From positions 160,001 to 224,000 of the forward strand of contig CAVYSY010000052.1 in NCBI GenBank assembly GCA_963771175.1: a DNA stretch of 64,000 nt, read 5' to 3'. Numbering within the stretch: the first letter of the stretch is position 1; each line of letters opens with the position of its first letter. A program made the position numbers and the translations under genes. Below are positions 51,017 to 61,253 of this stretch, one piece after another. Below the pieces are notes generated by a model that worked only from the letters and a program-made list of their open reading frames with translations, ran no database searches and had not been told where the DNA came from. Source of the DNA: an uncultured delta proteobacterium (GTDB lineage: Bacteria; Myxococcota; Myxococcia; Myxococcales; Myxococcaceae).

Positions 51017-51610
51017 TCACCGGGCGGGACTCGAGGCCGGGTCCGGAGTGGCTCGGGGCGCGGCGAAGAACTGGCTGACGAGCTCGCGCACGCGCGCGGC
51101 GTTGTCGTCGAGGAGCTCGAGTCTCACGTCCGAGGAGCCCTCGAGGACACTCGCCTCGGGCAACGCGTGGTCGAGCAGGTAGTCGCGGAGGACCGCGTCC
51201 GAGGACCAGCTCCGCAGGGGCGGAGCGCAGTGGCAGTAGAGGTTCGCCTTCAGCGCGTCCCCGGCCACGTGGATGAGCTCCTCCAGGAACTCCCCCACGG
51301 TGTGGTCGAAGCGGGCCTCGAAGGCCAGCATCCGGCCGCCCTCGGAGCGCCCGTCCTGGGAAGGAGGGGCCGGCACGATGACCCAGCGCAGGGAATGCGT
51401 GCTCTTCAGCCCGTTGAAGCGGATGAGCGTGTCGCGACGGAGCTCCTCCAGCACCAGCGAGAGATCCTCGAGACGCTCGGGGCGGATGGGCACGAGTACG
51501 GTCAGCGCGTCGCGCCGCTCGGCCATGTGGGCCCGCCTCCGGGCCTGCTCGGGTGAGACCGCCTGCTGCTGCCCGCGATTCTGGAATGTCGTGGTAAGGG
51601 TGTCGTCCAT
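51017..51610 (-). CDS. Hypothetical protein
   Basis: ATG 51610 with GGAG upstream; 'LTVLVPIRP', 'HSLRWVI', 'LAFEARFD', 'YCHC'. Confidence 0.6.
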   Translation of the reverse strand: MDDTLTTTFQNRGQQQAVSPEQARRRAHMAERRDALTVLVPIRPERLEDLSLVLEELRRDTLIRFNGLKSTHSLRWVIVPAPPSQDGRSEGGRMLAFEARFDHTVGEFLEELIHVAGDALKANLYCHCAPPLRSWSSDAVLRDYLLDHALPEASVLEGSSDVRLELLDDNAARVRELVSQFFAAPRATPDPASSPAR

Positions 51611-51870
51611 TCGTGTCGCTCCCGAAAAGGTGGAGCCAGGAGCGAGGCTTCGTGACGGCATGAGTTGGGAGCTGCCCTCCCTCCCGTACCGCGGGCGGCT
51701 AGACAGGGGCCGGCTCCAGGCTCCCGACAGCCCGAGCTTTCGGAGGGAGGCGCGGCAACGGTAGCGTTGCCCGGGAAGATTTTCGGGGCTGCTCGTTCTT
51801 GCCCTGGGAGGGCCGGTCCGCCGGCTCCGGGAGCACGGCCAGGGACGAGCGGGGGAGGCTCGGGTTGAAC

Positions 51871-54594
51871 ATGAATCGACGGATGCGGTGGTCGCTGGGA
51901 GTGGGGGGACTCCTCGCGGGCGCGGTGGCGCTGGCCCTGGTGCTCGGCGTGCCCTCGCCACGCGGCAGGTCCGGAGCGCTGTGGCTCACCGGCTCGCCCA
52001 CGCGCCGCATCGAGGCCCGGGTGAGCTACGCGGCGGCGGACGACTACCGGCCCTACGAGACGCTCCGCTCCGAGCGCCCGGCACCACCTCCCCCCGCCCC
52101 CCTCCAGGAGCTGGCACGGCTCGAGGAGTCCGGAGACGCGCATGGCATCGCCGCGGCGTACCTCCTGCGCGGCGCCTCGGAGCAGGCGGCGACGTGGCTG
52201 GAGCGGGCCGGAGCCTCCCCGGACGTCGACAGCGACCGGGCCGTGCTCGCCCTGGACCGGGGTCAGCCCACCGAGGCCCTCACCCTGCTGGAGCGCGTGC
52301 TGCGCCAGCACCCCCGCCATGCGCAGGCGCTGTGGAACCGCGGACTGGTGATGCGGGCATTGGACCTCCCGGCCCTGGAGGCGGAGTCCTTCGACGCGGT
52401 GGCCGCACTCGGCGAGCCGGGCTGGGCGGACGAGGCCCGCGCCCGCGCGGAGTCCCTGCGCACGAAGCTCCGCACCGCCCAGGAGGGCTGGAGCCGGCTG
52501 AGGGCCGAGTGCGATCCGTTCATCGCGGGAGCCGGCTCGCTGCCCCCGGAGTACGCGCGCCAGTGGCCGGGGTATGTCCGCCTGTGCCTCTACGACGCCA
52601 TCCGCGCGGCGCCCACGCCCGAGAGGCTGAAGGCGCTGTGGCCGCTGGCCGAGACGCTCGACACGTACTTCGGCGGCACGGCGCTGCGCGAGGCCGTCCG
52701 ATGGGCCGAGGCCCGCGACTTCCGCCAGCGCGCCCCTCTCGCGAAGCTGTACGTCAACGTCGTCCGCAAGCAACCCCTTCCGGGCGGGCTGCCCGCGTAC
52801 CTGGAGCGGCTGCGGCGCGCCGGAGAGCAGGACCTCCTCATGGGCACACTGGTGCTCACCCGGGCCGTCCTCGAGCACCTGGAGGAGTACCGCGAGCTCG
52901 CCGCGCGGACGAAGGACCCCTGGTTCCTCCTGCTCGCGGACGACGAGCGCGCCCGGAGCGCCATCGAGAAGGGCGCGCTGCAGGAGGCGGAGCGCATCCT
53001 CCTCCCGGCGCTGGAGCGGTGCGCGGCGCGGCCGCTGTACTACCGGTGCGCGCTCCTGGAGAAGCAGCTCACCCACCTGTACCGGGAGATGCATCGGCCC
53101 GCCGAGGGCTTCCAACAGGCCCTGGAGGCACGCCGGCTGCTCCAGGCGGAGAACGCCACCGGGCCCGAGCCCTGGTTCCTCCTGGAGCTGGGCCAGCTCG
53201 CCCGGTTCCGCGACCAGCCGCCCCTGGCTCGGGCCTATCTCAACGAGGCGCTCGCGCGCGTGCCCGAGGACTGCGAGGTCCGGCGCTTCGTCCACGAGAA
53301 CAACGCGGCCATCTTCCAAGGGGAGCTGGCGTTCTCCGAGGCCCGCCGCGAGCTGGACCGGGTGCGCCAGTGCCCCGGACCGCTGACGCCCGTGGGCATC
53401 CAGGTGCTCGCCGACCTCGCCCGCCAGCGCCCCGCGCCCGGAGATGCCCCCTGGCTCGCCGAGAGCATGGAGGCCCTGCGCCGTCCGGGAGCCCTGGAGC
53501 CGGGAGCGCTCCTGGTCGTCTCGCAACACGAAGCGCGCTTCACCCTGGAGCGGGACCGCGCCGCGGGCGAGGCCCTGCTGCGGCGGGTCATCTCCGAGGC
53601 GTCCCGGCTGCCGAAGTGGAACGCGGACGCGCGCAAGGCGAGGGCCTACGCCTACACCTCGCTGCTGCTCGCGGCGGGCCGCGCGGGCGAGCACGAGGCG
53701 GCACTGGCGCTCTTCGGGGAGGAGCTGGGCGGAGCGCTGCCCTCGCGGTGCGTGCTCGGCGTCACGATGGATGACGAGCGCACCCTGGTGCTCGCCCGTG
53801 GGCCGGAGGGACGGCTGCTGGGGCGCCACGACGCGAGCCGGACACGCCCGCTCGACGGCGAGGCCCGGGGACTGGTGCCCGAGGACGTCATCGCGGCGCT
53901 CCGGGGGTGCGAGCGCGTGGCCGTGGTGGCCCGCCCTCCGCTCCATGGCCGCGCGGGGCTGCTGCCTCCGGACGTCGCCTGGAGCTTCTTCACGCCGAAG
54001 CCCGAGCGGAGCCTCGCGCCCGCGCTCCCCGCGCGCCACCTCGTCATCACCGACGTGCAGGCGCCACCCCAGTTCCAGCTCGCGCGGCTCGGGACGTGGG
54101 GGAAGGCGCCCGCTGGGAGCTTCCTGCTGTCCGGAGCCCAGGCCACGCCGGGCCGGGTGCTGGAGGAGATGGCGCGGGCGACGGAGATAGAGGCCCACGT
54201 GCACGGCGTCATCAACCTGGCCGTGTCGGACGCCTCGTTCCTGGTGCTCTCACCGGAGCCGGGGGGCCGCTACGCGCTGACGGCGGACGAGGTCGGCGAG
54301 CGACGCCTGGAGGGAGCACCCCTGGTCATCCTCGCGGCCTGCCGCGCGGCCCACACCGCGCCCACGCTCCACGAGCCCTTCAGCCTGCCCGGGGCCTTCA
54401 TCCAGGCGGGAGCCCGCACGGTACTGGCGGCCACCGTGGACATCCCCGACACGGAGGCCGGAGCCTTCTTCGACGCAGTCCGCGAGCGCATCCGCTCCGG
54501 GCAGCCCGCCGCCAACGCCCTGCGCGACGTCCGGGTGCGCTGGCTGCAAGACAACCCCTCGAGCTGGGTGCGCTCGGTGCTCGTCTTCGACTGA
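51871..54594 (+). CDS. Membrane-anchored or exported TPR-CHAT (caspase-like) protease
   Basis: N-terminal TM; TPR 'ALWNRGL'; CHAT His 'AHVHG' and Cys 'VILAAC'; 'AFIQAGARTV', 'W..SVLVF'. Confidence 0.88.
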   Translation: MNRRMRWSLGVGGLLAGAVALALVLGVPSPRGRSGALWLTGSPTRRIEARVSYAAADDYRPYETLRSERPAPPPPAPLQELARLEESGDAHGIAAAYLLRGASEQAATWLERAGASPDVDSDRAVLALDRGQPTEALTLLERVLRQHPRHAQALWNRGLVMRALDLPALEAESFDAVAALGEPGWADEARARAESLRTKLRTAQEGWSRLRAECDPFIAGAGSLPPEYARQWPGYVRLCLYDAIRAAPTPERLKALWPLAETLDTYFGGTALREAVRWAEARDFRQRAPLAKLYVNVVRKQPLPGGLPAYLERLRRAGEQDLLMGTLVLTRAVLEHLEEYRELAARTKDPWFLLLADDERARSAIEKGALQEAERILLPALERCAARPLYYRCALLEKQLTHLYREMHRPAEGFQQALEARRLLQAENATGPEPWFLLELGQLARFRDQPPLARAYLNEALARVPEDCEVRRFVHENNAAIFQGELAFSEARRELDRVRQCPGPLTPVGIQVLADLARQRPAPGDAPWLAESMEALRRPGALEPGALLVVSQHEARFTLERDRAAGEALLRRVISEASRLPKWNADARKARAYAYTSLLLAAGRAGEHEAALALFGEELGGALPSRCVLGVTMDDERTLVLARGPEGRLLGRHDASRTRPLDGEARGLVPEDVIAALRGCERVAVVARPPLHGRAGLLPPDVAWSFFTPKPERSLAPALPARHLVITDVQAPPQFQLARLGTWGKAPAGSFLLSGAQATPGRVLEEMARATEIEAHVHGVINLAVSDASFLVLSPEPGGRYALTADEVGERRLEGAPLVILAACRAAHTAPTLHEPFSLPGAFIQAGARTVLAATVDIPDTEAGAFFDAVRERIRSGQPAANALRDVRVRWLQDNPSSWVRSVLVFD

Positions 54595-54651
54595 GCGCGC
54601 CCTGTCTCCCTCGTAGCTGTCCCTCGCAGTCCAGGAATGGAAGGAATCACG

Positions 54652-55317
54652 ATGTCGAGGAACCTGATGTTGTGCGTGCTGGTGGCGTGCGTGTCGGCCG
54701 GATGCGTGACGACCCGTGGCGGCGGGACGCCCGGAACGGGACCGGGAACGCAGATGTGCGCGACCCGCCCGGTGCCTCCGCCGCCCCCGCTGCCCGCCCC
54801 GACGCTCATGTCCACCCTGAGGCAGATACCGATGGAGGGAGTGACCCACCTCATCGTCGCCTACTGCCCGGAGACGCAGCACGTCGAGGCCCTCGGCGTC
54901 GATGTCCGAAGCAACGCCCTGCCCTTCCGCATCCAGGCGCTCGGAGGCGAGGTCCCGCGGTTCTTCGAGGCGGCGTACCGGAGCGGGCTGCCCATGGCCG
55001 TCTTCACGAGGAGCGTGCCGATGGAGAAGCCCATGCTCCCCGGGGTGAGCACCCCGACGAGCGTGAAGGGGACGGCGACGGCCAGCCTCCTCTCGAATGG
55101 TGACACCAATGAGGCGCCCGAGACGACCACGTGCGACGTCTGCCCCGGCGGGCAGACGGGCACCGGGACGGGCCTGGGAGGTACGGGTGGAGGCGCCGAG
55201 CCCGGCTGGCTCTACCGGTACTTCCCGGACGTCGCGCTCCGCACGGCGAAGGCCATGGAAACCGCGCTGAAGACCCGCGACGTCGAGTTCAACGAGGTCG
55301 CGCCGGCCGTGCAGTAG
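54652..55317 (+). CDS. Hypothetical lipoprotein
   Basis: Lipobox SAGC; Pro- and Gly/Thr-rich linkers; CDVC; GAAGGA upstream. Confidence 0.7.
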   Translation: MSRNLMLCVLVACVSAGCVTTRGGGTPGTGPGTQMCATRPVPPPPPLPAPTLMSTLRQIPMEGVTHLIVAYCPETQHVEALGVDVRSNALPFRIQALGGEVPRFFEAAYRSGLPMAVFTRSVPMEKPMLPGVSTPTSVKGTATASLLSNGDTNEAPETTTCDVCPGGQTGTGTGLGGTGGGAEPGWLYRYFPDVALRTAKAMETALKTRDVEFNEVAPAVQ

Positions 55318-55325
55318 GCTGAACC

Positions 55326-55363
55326 GGGCCCCTGGTGATGCACTCGCCAGGGGCCCTTCTGTT
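55326..55363 (+). terminator. Hairpin terminator between convergent genes
   Basis: GGGCCCCTGG...CCAGGGGCCC 10-bp stem followed by TTCTGTT. Confidence 0.7.
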
Positions 55364-55396
55364 GCTACGGGTAGCGCCGCCGGTACTCCTCGCGGT

Positions 55397-58300
55397 TTAC
55401 GGGTGCAACGGGGCCCCACCCGGCGGCCCCTGCGCCTGGAGCTGGCGGCGCAGGCTCGCCTGGGCGCGCCACTCGTAGGCGAACATCTCGTGCGCGTGGG
55501 CGTAGTGGATGGCCTCGAGGAACTCCTCGCGGGCCTCCTCCTCCCGGCCCGCCAGCCGCAGCAGCTCGCCGTGGATGCGGTGCAGCTCGGGCACCGAGGA
55601 GTACTCCTCCGTCTTCTCCGGCCAGGTCTTCGCCTCCTCGATGGTGGCGAGCCCCTCCTGTACCTGCCCCAGCCGCATGTGGATGTCGGCCAGCATGGAC
55701 AGGTGGTAGGGCATGCCCGTGATGATGCCGGAGCGCTGCTTCCACGCCTCCAGCGTCTGGCGCATCAGCACCAGCCCCTCCTGCGGGCGCCCCAGCTCGG
55801 ACATGGCCCAGGCCCGAAGGAGGGAGGACCACAGGAGCCACAGCAGGAAGCGGTGCTCGCGCGCGAGCGGGATGCACTGCTCGGTCAACTCCAGGGTCGT
55901 CCGCGCGTCCCGGCGGAGCTGGCTGCCGATGGCGCAGTACGTCAGCGCGAGGCACGTCGTGTGCGGGTGGCCGATGCGGCCGGCCAGCTCCAGCGCCTCG
56001 CGGGTGAAGCGCTCGGCCCGCTCCTCCTGTCCGGACACCGAGAGCGGCAGCGTCCCATAGGCCAGCAGGGCCACGCGCGGGTTGACCCACTGCCGGAGGG
56101 CGAGCCGCCGGTGTTGCTCCAGGTCCCAGTCCGCGCACTCCAGCCCCAGCTCGACGTGCCGCAGGGCGGTGCTCATCTGCCCCCAGGTGAAGAAGTCCGT
56201 GGCCATCATCCGGTGCCCCATGGAGAGCAGCTCCCGGTTGTGCTGGCGCTGGCCGAGGTCCACCAGCAGCTCCCCCACCTCGTGCGCGTCCCGCAGCTTC
56301 CCGCCCGCGAAGTAGAAGGCAAAGGAGCCCCAGAAGCTCAGCTCGAGCCGGGGCAGCTCCTCGCCCACCTGGCGGAAGAGCGTCTGCACCCGGGTGTACG
56401 TGGCCTCCACCTCGGGCGAGCGGAAGCCCTGCACCTGCATGAGGGGAACGCCCATGGCGATGAGGAGCTGCAGCTCATCCTTCGTGAGCGTCGAGGCGTC
56501 CGGGAGGCTGCGCAGCAGCTTCAGCGCCTGGTTGAGGTGGCTCACGGCCTCCTCGTTGGCCGAGCGCAGACCGGCGAGCAGGCCCGCCTGCCGCCAATAG
56601 TGGATGGCCTGCTTCACGTCCCCGGCCTCCGTGTAGTGGTGGGCCAGCAGCTCGGGCCGCGTCTCCACCACGTCGGGGAAGTGCTCCAGCAGGGCCTGGG
56701 CGATCCGCCGGTGGTACTGCCGCCGCGTGCTGCGGGGCAGCGACTGGTAGGCCGCCTCCTGGATGAGGGCGTGGCGGAACTGGTAGCGGCGCTCGGCGTC
56801 ATCCTCCTGGAACTGCAGCAACCCCGCGGCCGCCAGCCCCGTCACATCCCGGCGCAGCGCGGCGTCGCCGAGCCGGGTGAGAATGGAGAGCAGCGCATGG
56901 GTGAAGCTGCGCCCCACCACCGCGCACAGCTGCGCGAGCTGCTTCTGCCGGCGCGGCAGCGAGTCCAGCCGGGCCAGCAGCAACTCCTGCAGGGTGACGG
57001 GAATGGACGCCGCGGCCCCCCCCTCCAGCAGCACGCGCGTCATCTCCTCCACGAAGAGGGGAATGCCGTCCGTCCGGGCCACGAGCTGCCGCACCACATC
57101 CTCCGGCAGCTCCTGGCCCCGCGTCATGTCCCTCACCAGCCGCTCGGTGGACTCCGCCGGCAGGCGCTCCAGCGCGATGGGGTGGAAGCCGGAGTGCTGC
57201 GTCCAGGGGGGACGGAACTCGGGACGGGCGCTCAGCACGAAGAGGATGCGCGACTGCTCCGCGCGCGCGAGCAGGAAGCTCAGCAGCTCCAGCGTGGAGG
57301 GGTCCGCCCAGTGCAGGTCCTCCACCACCAGCAGCATCGCGCGGTCCCCGGCCGAGCGCGTCAGCAGCGTGGCCAGCCCCTCCAGCGTCTCCTCCTTCTG
57401 CCGCTGGGCGGAGAGCCGCAGGTGAGGGGAGTCCGGGGGCACCGGCAGCGACACCAGCGAGGCCAGCAGCCGCACCTGCACCGGCGTCAACTCCCGCTTC
57501 TCGAGCTGCGCCTCCAGCGCGCGCAGGTTGTCCTCGGGCGAGCGCTCCGGGCTCACCCACAGCCGCCGCAGCACCTCGATGACCGGGTGCAGGGCACTGG
57601 CGCTGAACTGGCTCCAGCACTGCATGCTCAGGTGCAGGGGCTTCTCCGGCAGCACGCGCTCGCGCAGCTCCTGGATGAGACGGGACTTGCCGATGCCGGC
57701 CTCGCCCTGGAGGAGGACGAAACCGCCATGCCCCTCGCGGGCCGCGCGCCAGTTGCCGAGCAGCGCCTCCACCTCGCGCTCGCGGCCCACCAGCGGACTG
57801 AGCGCCTCGCCCTTGCGGAGGGCCCCATCGATGCGGGACATCGCCTCGCGCGAGCGCAGCACGCGGAACACCTCCAGGGTGCGCCGCCCCTCCTCGAAGC
57901 CTCGCGCGCCCAGGGGCTCGATGTCGAAGTTGCGCCGCACCAGGTGGTGCGTGTTGGGGCCGAGCACCACCTCGTCCGGCCCGGCCTGCCGCGCCAGCCA
58001 GGTGGCGATGCGCGGCGCCTCGCCCTGGATGGTGGTGGTGCGCCCCCCCAGCTCCGGGAGGATGTCGTCCAGCACCACCATGTCCGTGTAGATGCCCACC
58101 CGCATCGCCAGCGTCGGGTGGACGCCCGGGGGCATCCGCTCCTGGAGGGCCTCACGGACGGCCTTGGGCAGGTCCAGACCCGCGCGCACCGCGCCATCGG
58201 CATCCCCCTCCTTCGCCACCGGGTAGCCGAAGCACGCCAGCCCCTCGTCCCCCATGCACATGGCGATGAAGCCGCCATGTTTCTGGATGACCTCCGACAT

Positions 58301-59443
58301 GGCGCGGTGGAAGGCCGACTCCAGCTCGCCGAAGTCCTCCGAGTCCACCTCCTCCGCCAGGGCGCTGAGCCCCGCCAGCCGGCAGGACACGAGCGTCACC
58401 TGCCGGCGCTGGGGCGACACCGAGCGCGGGGCCTCGCGACCGGGCCGCAGGTGCTCCTCCAGCTCGCGCAATTCCTCGCGCAGCTCCGCGGCCGACAGCA
58501 GGCGCTTGTCGGGGTCCTTGGCCAGCAGCACCGTCAGCAGGGATTCCAGCTCCCAGGGAATCTCCGGGTGGCGCTCGCGCGGCGAGGGCATGGGCGCCGG
58601 GGACAGCACCTTCTCGCGCATCTCCTCCACCAGGGCGCTCGGGTAGGGCAGCTCCCCGGTGAGCAGCTCATACAGCATGATGCCGGCGGCCCAGAGGTCG
58701 GTGCGCTCGTCCACCTTGCCTCCGCGCCACTGCTCCGGGGCCATATAGGGCGGCGTGCCGGCGGTGGGCAGGTGCGGCACGGCCGCGCCGTCCGCGGGAG
58801 ACAGCCACGCCAGCCCGAAGTCGAGCAGCTTCACCGTCCCCTGCTTGCCAATGAAGACGTTGCTGGGCTTGAGGTCGCGGTGGACGATGTGGTGCTCGTG
58901 CGCGTGCGCCAGCCCCCCAGCCACCCCGCGCATGATCTCCAGCGAGTGCCGCAGCCCGAGCGACTTCTCCCGCCGCAGCACGTCCGCGAGGGACTCCCCC
59001 TCCAGGCATTCCATGACGAGCACGGGGACGGAAGGCTCGCCCGGCCCACCGCGCCACTCGGACACGTCGAAGATGCGGACGATGTTCTCGTGGTCGAGCT
59101 GCGCGATGGCCCGGGCCTCCCGCAGGCCCATGCCGGCGAGCTCCTCGCGCGGGAAGAGGAGCTTGAGGGCCACCACGCGCTGCAGCTCGTCGTCATGGGC
59201 GCGGAACACCTGGCCCATGGCGCCCTCCCCCAGGGACTTGATGATTTCGAAGCGGCGGCCGTCCGAGCCCCCGAGCCTCTCCCCCGGGAGCAACCGGCGG
59301 AACGGCATATGGACATGGGAGTGGAGCACCTCCCCCAGGAAGGAGTCCCCGAAATCGGACTCCGCGAGGTCGAACTCCGCGTCCTCCTCTTCCTGGTGGG
59401 GGTCTTCCGGCCCCTGGCCGTCATGATCGCCGGTCCGTCCCAT
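55397..59443 (-). CDS. Ser/Thr kinase - degenerate cyclase - STAND ATPase - TPR-like fusion, paralog 2
   Basis: Colinear with 46747..50805; GEGAMG, HRDLKPSN, GEAGIGKS, VEDLHWAD. Confidence 0.92.
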   Translation of the reverse strand: MGRTGDHDGQGPEDPHQEEEDAEFDLAESDFGDSFLGEVLHSHVHMPFRRLLPGERLGGSDGRRFEIIKSLGEGAMGQVFRAHDDELQRVVALKLLFPREELAGMGLREARAIAQLDHENIVRIFDVSEWRGGPGEPSVPVLVMECLEGESLADVLRREKSLGLRHSLEIMRGVAGGLAHAHEHHIVHRDLKPSNVFIGKQGTVKLLDFGLAWLSPADGAAVPHLPTAGTPPYMAPEQWRGGKVDERTDLWAAGIMLYELLTGELPYPSALVEEMREKVLSPAPMPSPRERHPEIPWELESLLTVLLAKDPDKRLLSAAELREELRELEEHLRPGREAPRSVSPQRRQVTLVSCRLAGLSALAEEVDSEDFGELESAFHRAMSEVIQKHGGFIAMCMGDEGLACFGYPVAKEGDADGAVRAGLDLPKAVREALQERMPPGVHPTLAMRVGIYTDMVVLDDILPELGGRTTTIQGEAPRIATWLARQAGPDEVVLGPNTHHLVRRNFDIEPLGARGFEEGRRTLEVFRVLRSREAMSRIDGALRKGEALSPLVGREREVEALLGNWRAAREGHGGFVLLQGEAGIGKSRLIQELRERVLPEKPLHLSMQCWSQFSASALHPVIEVLRRLWVSPERSPEDNLRALEAQLEKRELTPVQVRLLASLVSLPVPPDSPHLRLSAQRQKEETLEGLATLLTRSAGDRAMLLVVEDLHWADPSTLELLSFLLARAEQSRILFVLSARPEFRPPWTQHSGFHPIALERLPAESTERLVRDMTRGQELPEDVVRQLVARTDGIPLFVEEMTRVLLEGGAAASIPVTLQELLLARLDSLPRRQKQLAQLCAVVGRSFTHALLSILTRLGDAALRRDVTGLAAAGLLQFQEDDAERRYQFRHALIQEAAYQSLPRSTRRQYHRRIAQALLEHFPDVVETRPELLAHHYTEAGDVKQAIHYWRQAGLLAGLRSANEEAVSHLNQALKLLRSLPDASTLTKDELQLLIAMGVPLMQVQGFRSPEVEATYTRVQTLFRQVGEELPRLELSFWGSFAFYFAGGKLRDAHEVGELLVDLGQRQHNRELLSMGHRMMATDFFTWGQMSTALRHVELGLECADWDLEQHRRLALRQWVNPRVALLAYGTLPLSVSGQEERAERFTREALELAGRIGHPHTTCLALTYCAIGSQLRRDARTTLELTEQCIPLAREHRFLLWLLWSSLLRAWAMSELGRPQEGLVLMRQTLEAWKQRSGIITGMPYHLSMLADIHMRLGQVQEGLATIEEAKTWPEKTEEYSSVPELHRIHGELLRLAGREEEAREEFLEAIHYAHAHEMFAYEWRAQASLRRQLQAQGPPGGAPLHP

Positions 59444-59810
59444 GGCGTAGCCCCCAGTCCCCTGATGCGGGCCCACGACGGGCGGCCCACCTCTCCCCAA
59501 GGGAAAGCTAGGAGTCACCCCGAGGGCTAGCAACGAGACCTCCCGGAAGGGAGGGGCTCCCGTCTTATTTCGCGTGCGACTCCAGGGAGGGAGCGCCCCG
59601 AGCCCGGACCCTCCCGCGTGCACCGACAAGGCGAGCGAGCCCCTCTCCTGGAGATGTGGCCATCCAGCGCAACGCGCACCAAATCTCACACATCACACCA
59701 GTGAGCAGTGGACTCCACCGGTTCGAGGGGGGCGGGAAGCACGAGCTCCCTCCTGGAGTAACCCCTCCCGGTCCTCGCTCTTTCCTTCGTGACACACGAG
59801 AGGTGAGGCC

Positions 59811-60269
59811 ATGAGCACGATTCTTCTTGTCGATGACGAAACCGAGCTTCTCGAGCTCTACGCGGAAGTGCTCGAGTTGATGGACCATCGCGTGCTGCGT
59901 GCGCACGATGGAAGAGAGGCGTTGGAGATCGCCCACGAGCGTCGGCCGGACCTCGTGGTGACGGACTGGCAGATGCCGAGGATGAGCGGCTTCGAGCTGT
60001 GTCAGCGGCTGTTGCAGGACGAGGAGCTGCACGACGTCCCCATCATCATGCACAGCTCCTCCGCCGACCCGCACGCCCCGGGTGTCCGGGCGTTTCTCTC
60101 GAAGTGCTCGGAGCTGTACGAGTTTGAAGCGGTGGTGAATCGGACGCTCGTCGACTCCGGGGCACTCCCCCAGGGGCCGCCAGACGGAGGCGACTCCCCG
60201 CGGGAGCTCTCGCGCACGGCGCGGGAGACCGCCTGGAAGCAGGAGCACGCGTGCGGCATGGTCCACTGA
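59811..60269 (+). CDS. Single-domain response regulator
   Basis: 'ILLVDDE', 'PDLVVTDWQMPRMSG', 'FLSK'. Confidence 0.9.
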   Translation: MSTILLVDDETELLELYAEVLELMDHRVLRAHDGREALEIAHERRPDLVVTDWQMPRMSGFELCQRLLQDEELHDVPIIMHSSSADPHAPGVRAFLSKCSELYEFEAVVNRTLVDSGALPQGPPDGGDSPRELSRTARETAWKQEHACGMVH

Positions 60270-60464
60270 AGCCACGACGCACTGGATGGTAAGCGGGCCG
60301 GGAGACGAGCTGTTTCCCGGCCCGCGTTCGTTTCGCGTCCTGGGTCCCTCCATCACGACAGGAGGCACCCATGGCACGACCAGGCACGGACACTGGAGTG
60401 AGCCCAAGGCGTCTTCAAAACGGCAGTCCCAGACAATGAATGGCATATAGAAAGACAGACGCCC

Positions 60465-61214
60465 ATGAACTCCAGCACGCATCACCTGCGCCAGGCCGCT
60501 CCCGCCATGAACGCCTCCCGCTCCGTCGAGACCCCGCCCCGCCGCCACCGCGTCGTGCGCGCGGTGGCACCGCTCGCGAGGAACGTCCTGTCCACCGAGC
60601 ACATCCCCGAGACGACTCCCGGCCGGCTGCAGCTCCGCGGGGTGACGGGCATCATCTTCATCGTCTTCGGGTTGATGAAGGCCTTCGACACCACGCTGCC
60701 CGTCCTCGTGGGAGCGCCGGGCCTGCACGTGAGCTCGGGGCCGGAGGGCTTCGCCCAGTTGCTCGCGGGCATCGGGGTGCCCTTCCCGCTGCTCAACGCG
60801 TGGGTGGTCATCGCGGTGGAGTTGCTCTGCGGGCTGGGCCTCATCCTCGGGGCCTGGCTGCCGGCGACGAAGCTCGTCACGCGCCTGAGCGCGCTGCCGC
60901 TGACCATTGACATGCTGGTGGCCCTCGCCGTGGGCATCCGCCAGGTGCAGGGCAACCCGGTGATGCTGGACGGGCTCCCCATCATGAACCAGTTCTGGCG
61001 GCTGCCGATGGAGCTCGGCCTGCTGCTGGGGGTGGCGTACCTGCTGTGGAAGCCGGTGGGGACCCCGAGGGTGACGCCGCGCCCCGTCCCCGTGCTGGTG
61101 CGAGAGCCCGAGAGCGTCCTCGCGAGGGAGAGTGAGAAGGCGCCCGGTGCCCTGATCTCACGGAGGGTGAGCGGGCAAGCGGGGCATGCCAGCACCTACA
61201 CGCAGCGTGCGTAG
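60465..61214 (+). CDS. DoxX-family membrane protein
   Basis: 'GIIFIVFGLMK', 'GVPFP', 'ELLCGLGLILG', 'TRLSAL'. Confidence 0.8.
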   Translation: MNSSTHHLRQAAPAMNASRSVETPPRRHRVVRAVAPLARNVLSTEHIPETTPGRLQLRGVTGIIFIVFGLMKAFDTTLPVLVGAPGLHVSSGPEGFAQLLAGIGVPFPLLNAWVVIAVELLCGLGLILGAWLPATKLVTRLSALPLTIDMLVALAVGIRQVQGNPVMLDGLPIMNQFWRLPMELGLLLGVAYLLWKPVGTPRVTPRPVPVLVREPESVLARESEKAPGALISRRVSGQAGHASTYTQRA

Positions 61215-61253
61215 CTTCACCCCCGCACCACAAACGCAGCAAGGAGGGGCTCC

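Noticed and set aside
46831..59530. 1341-aa and 1375-aa + strand ORFs
   Set aside because: Antisense mirrors of the two kinase fusions, caused by GC3 bias.
59646..59680. Fourth enhancer site or sigma54 promoter near TGTGGC...GCAACG
   Set aside because: The spacer is 8 bp rather than 7, and GG-N10-GC spacing is not met.
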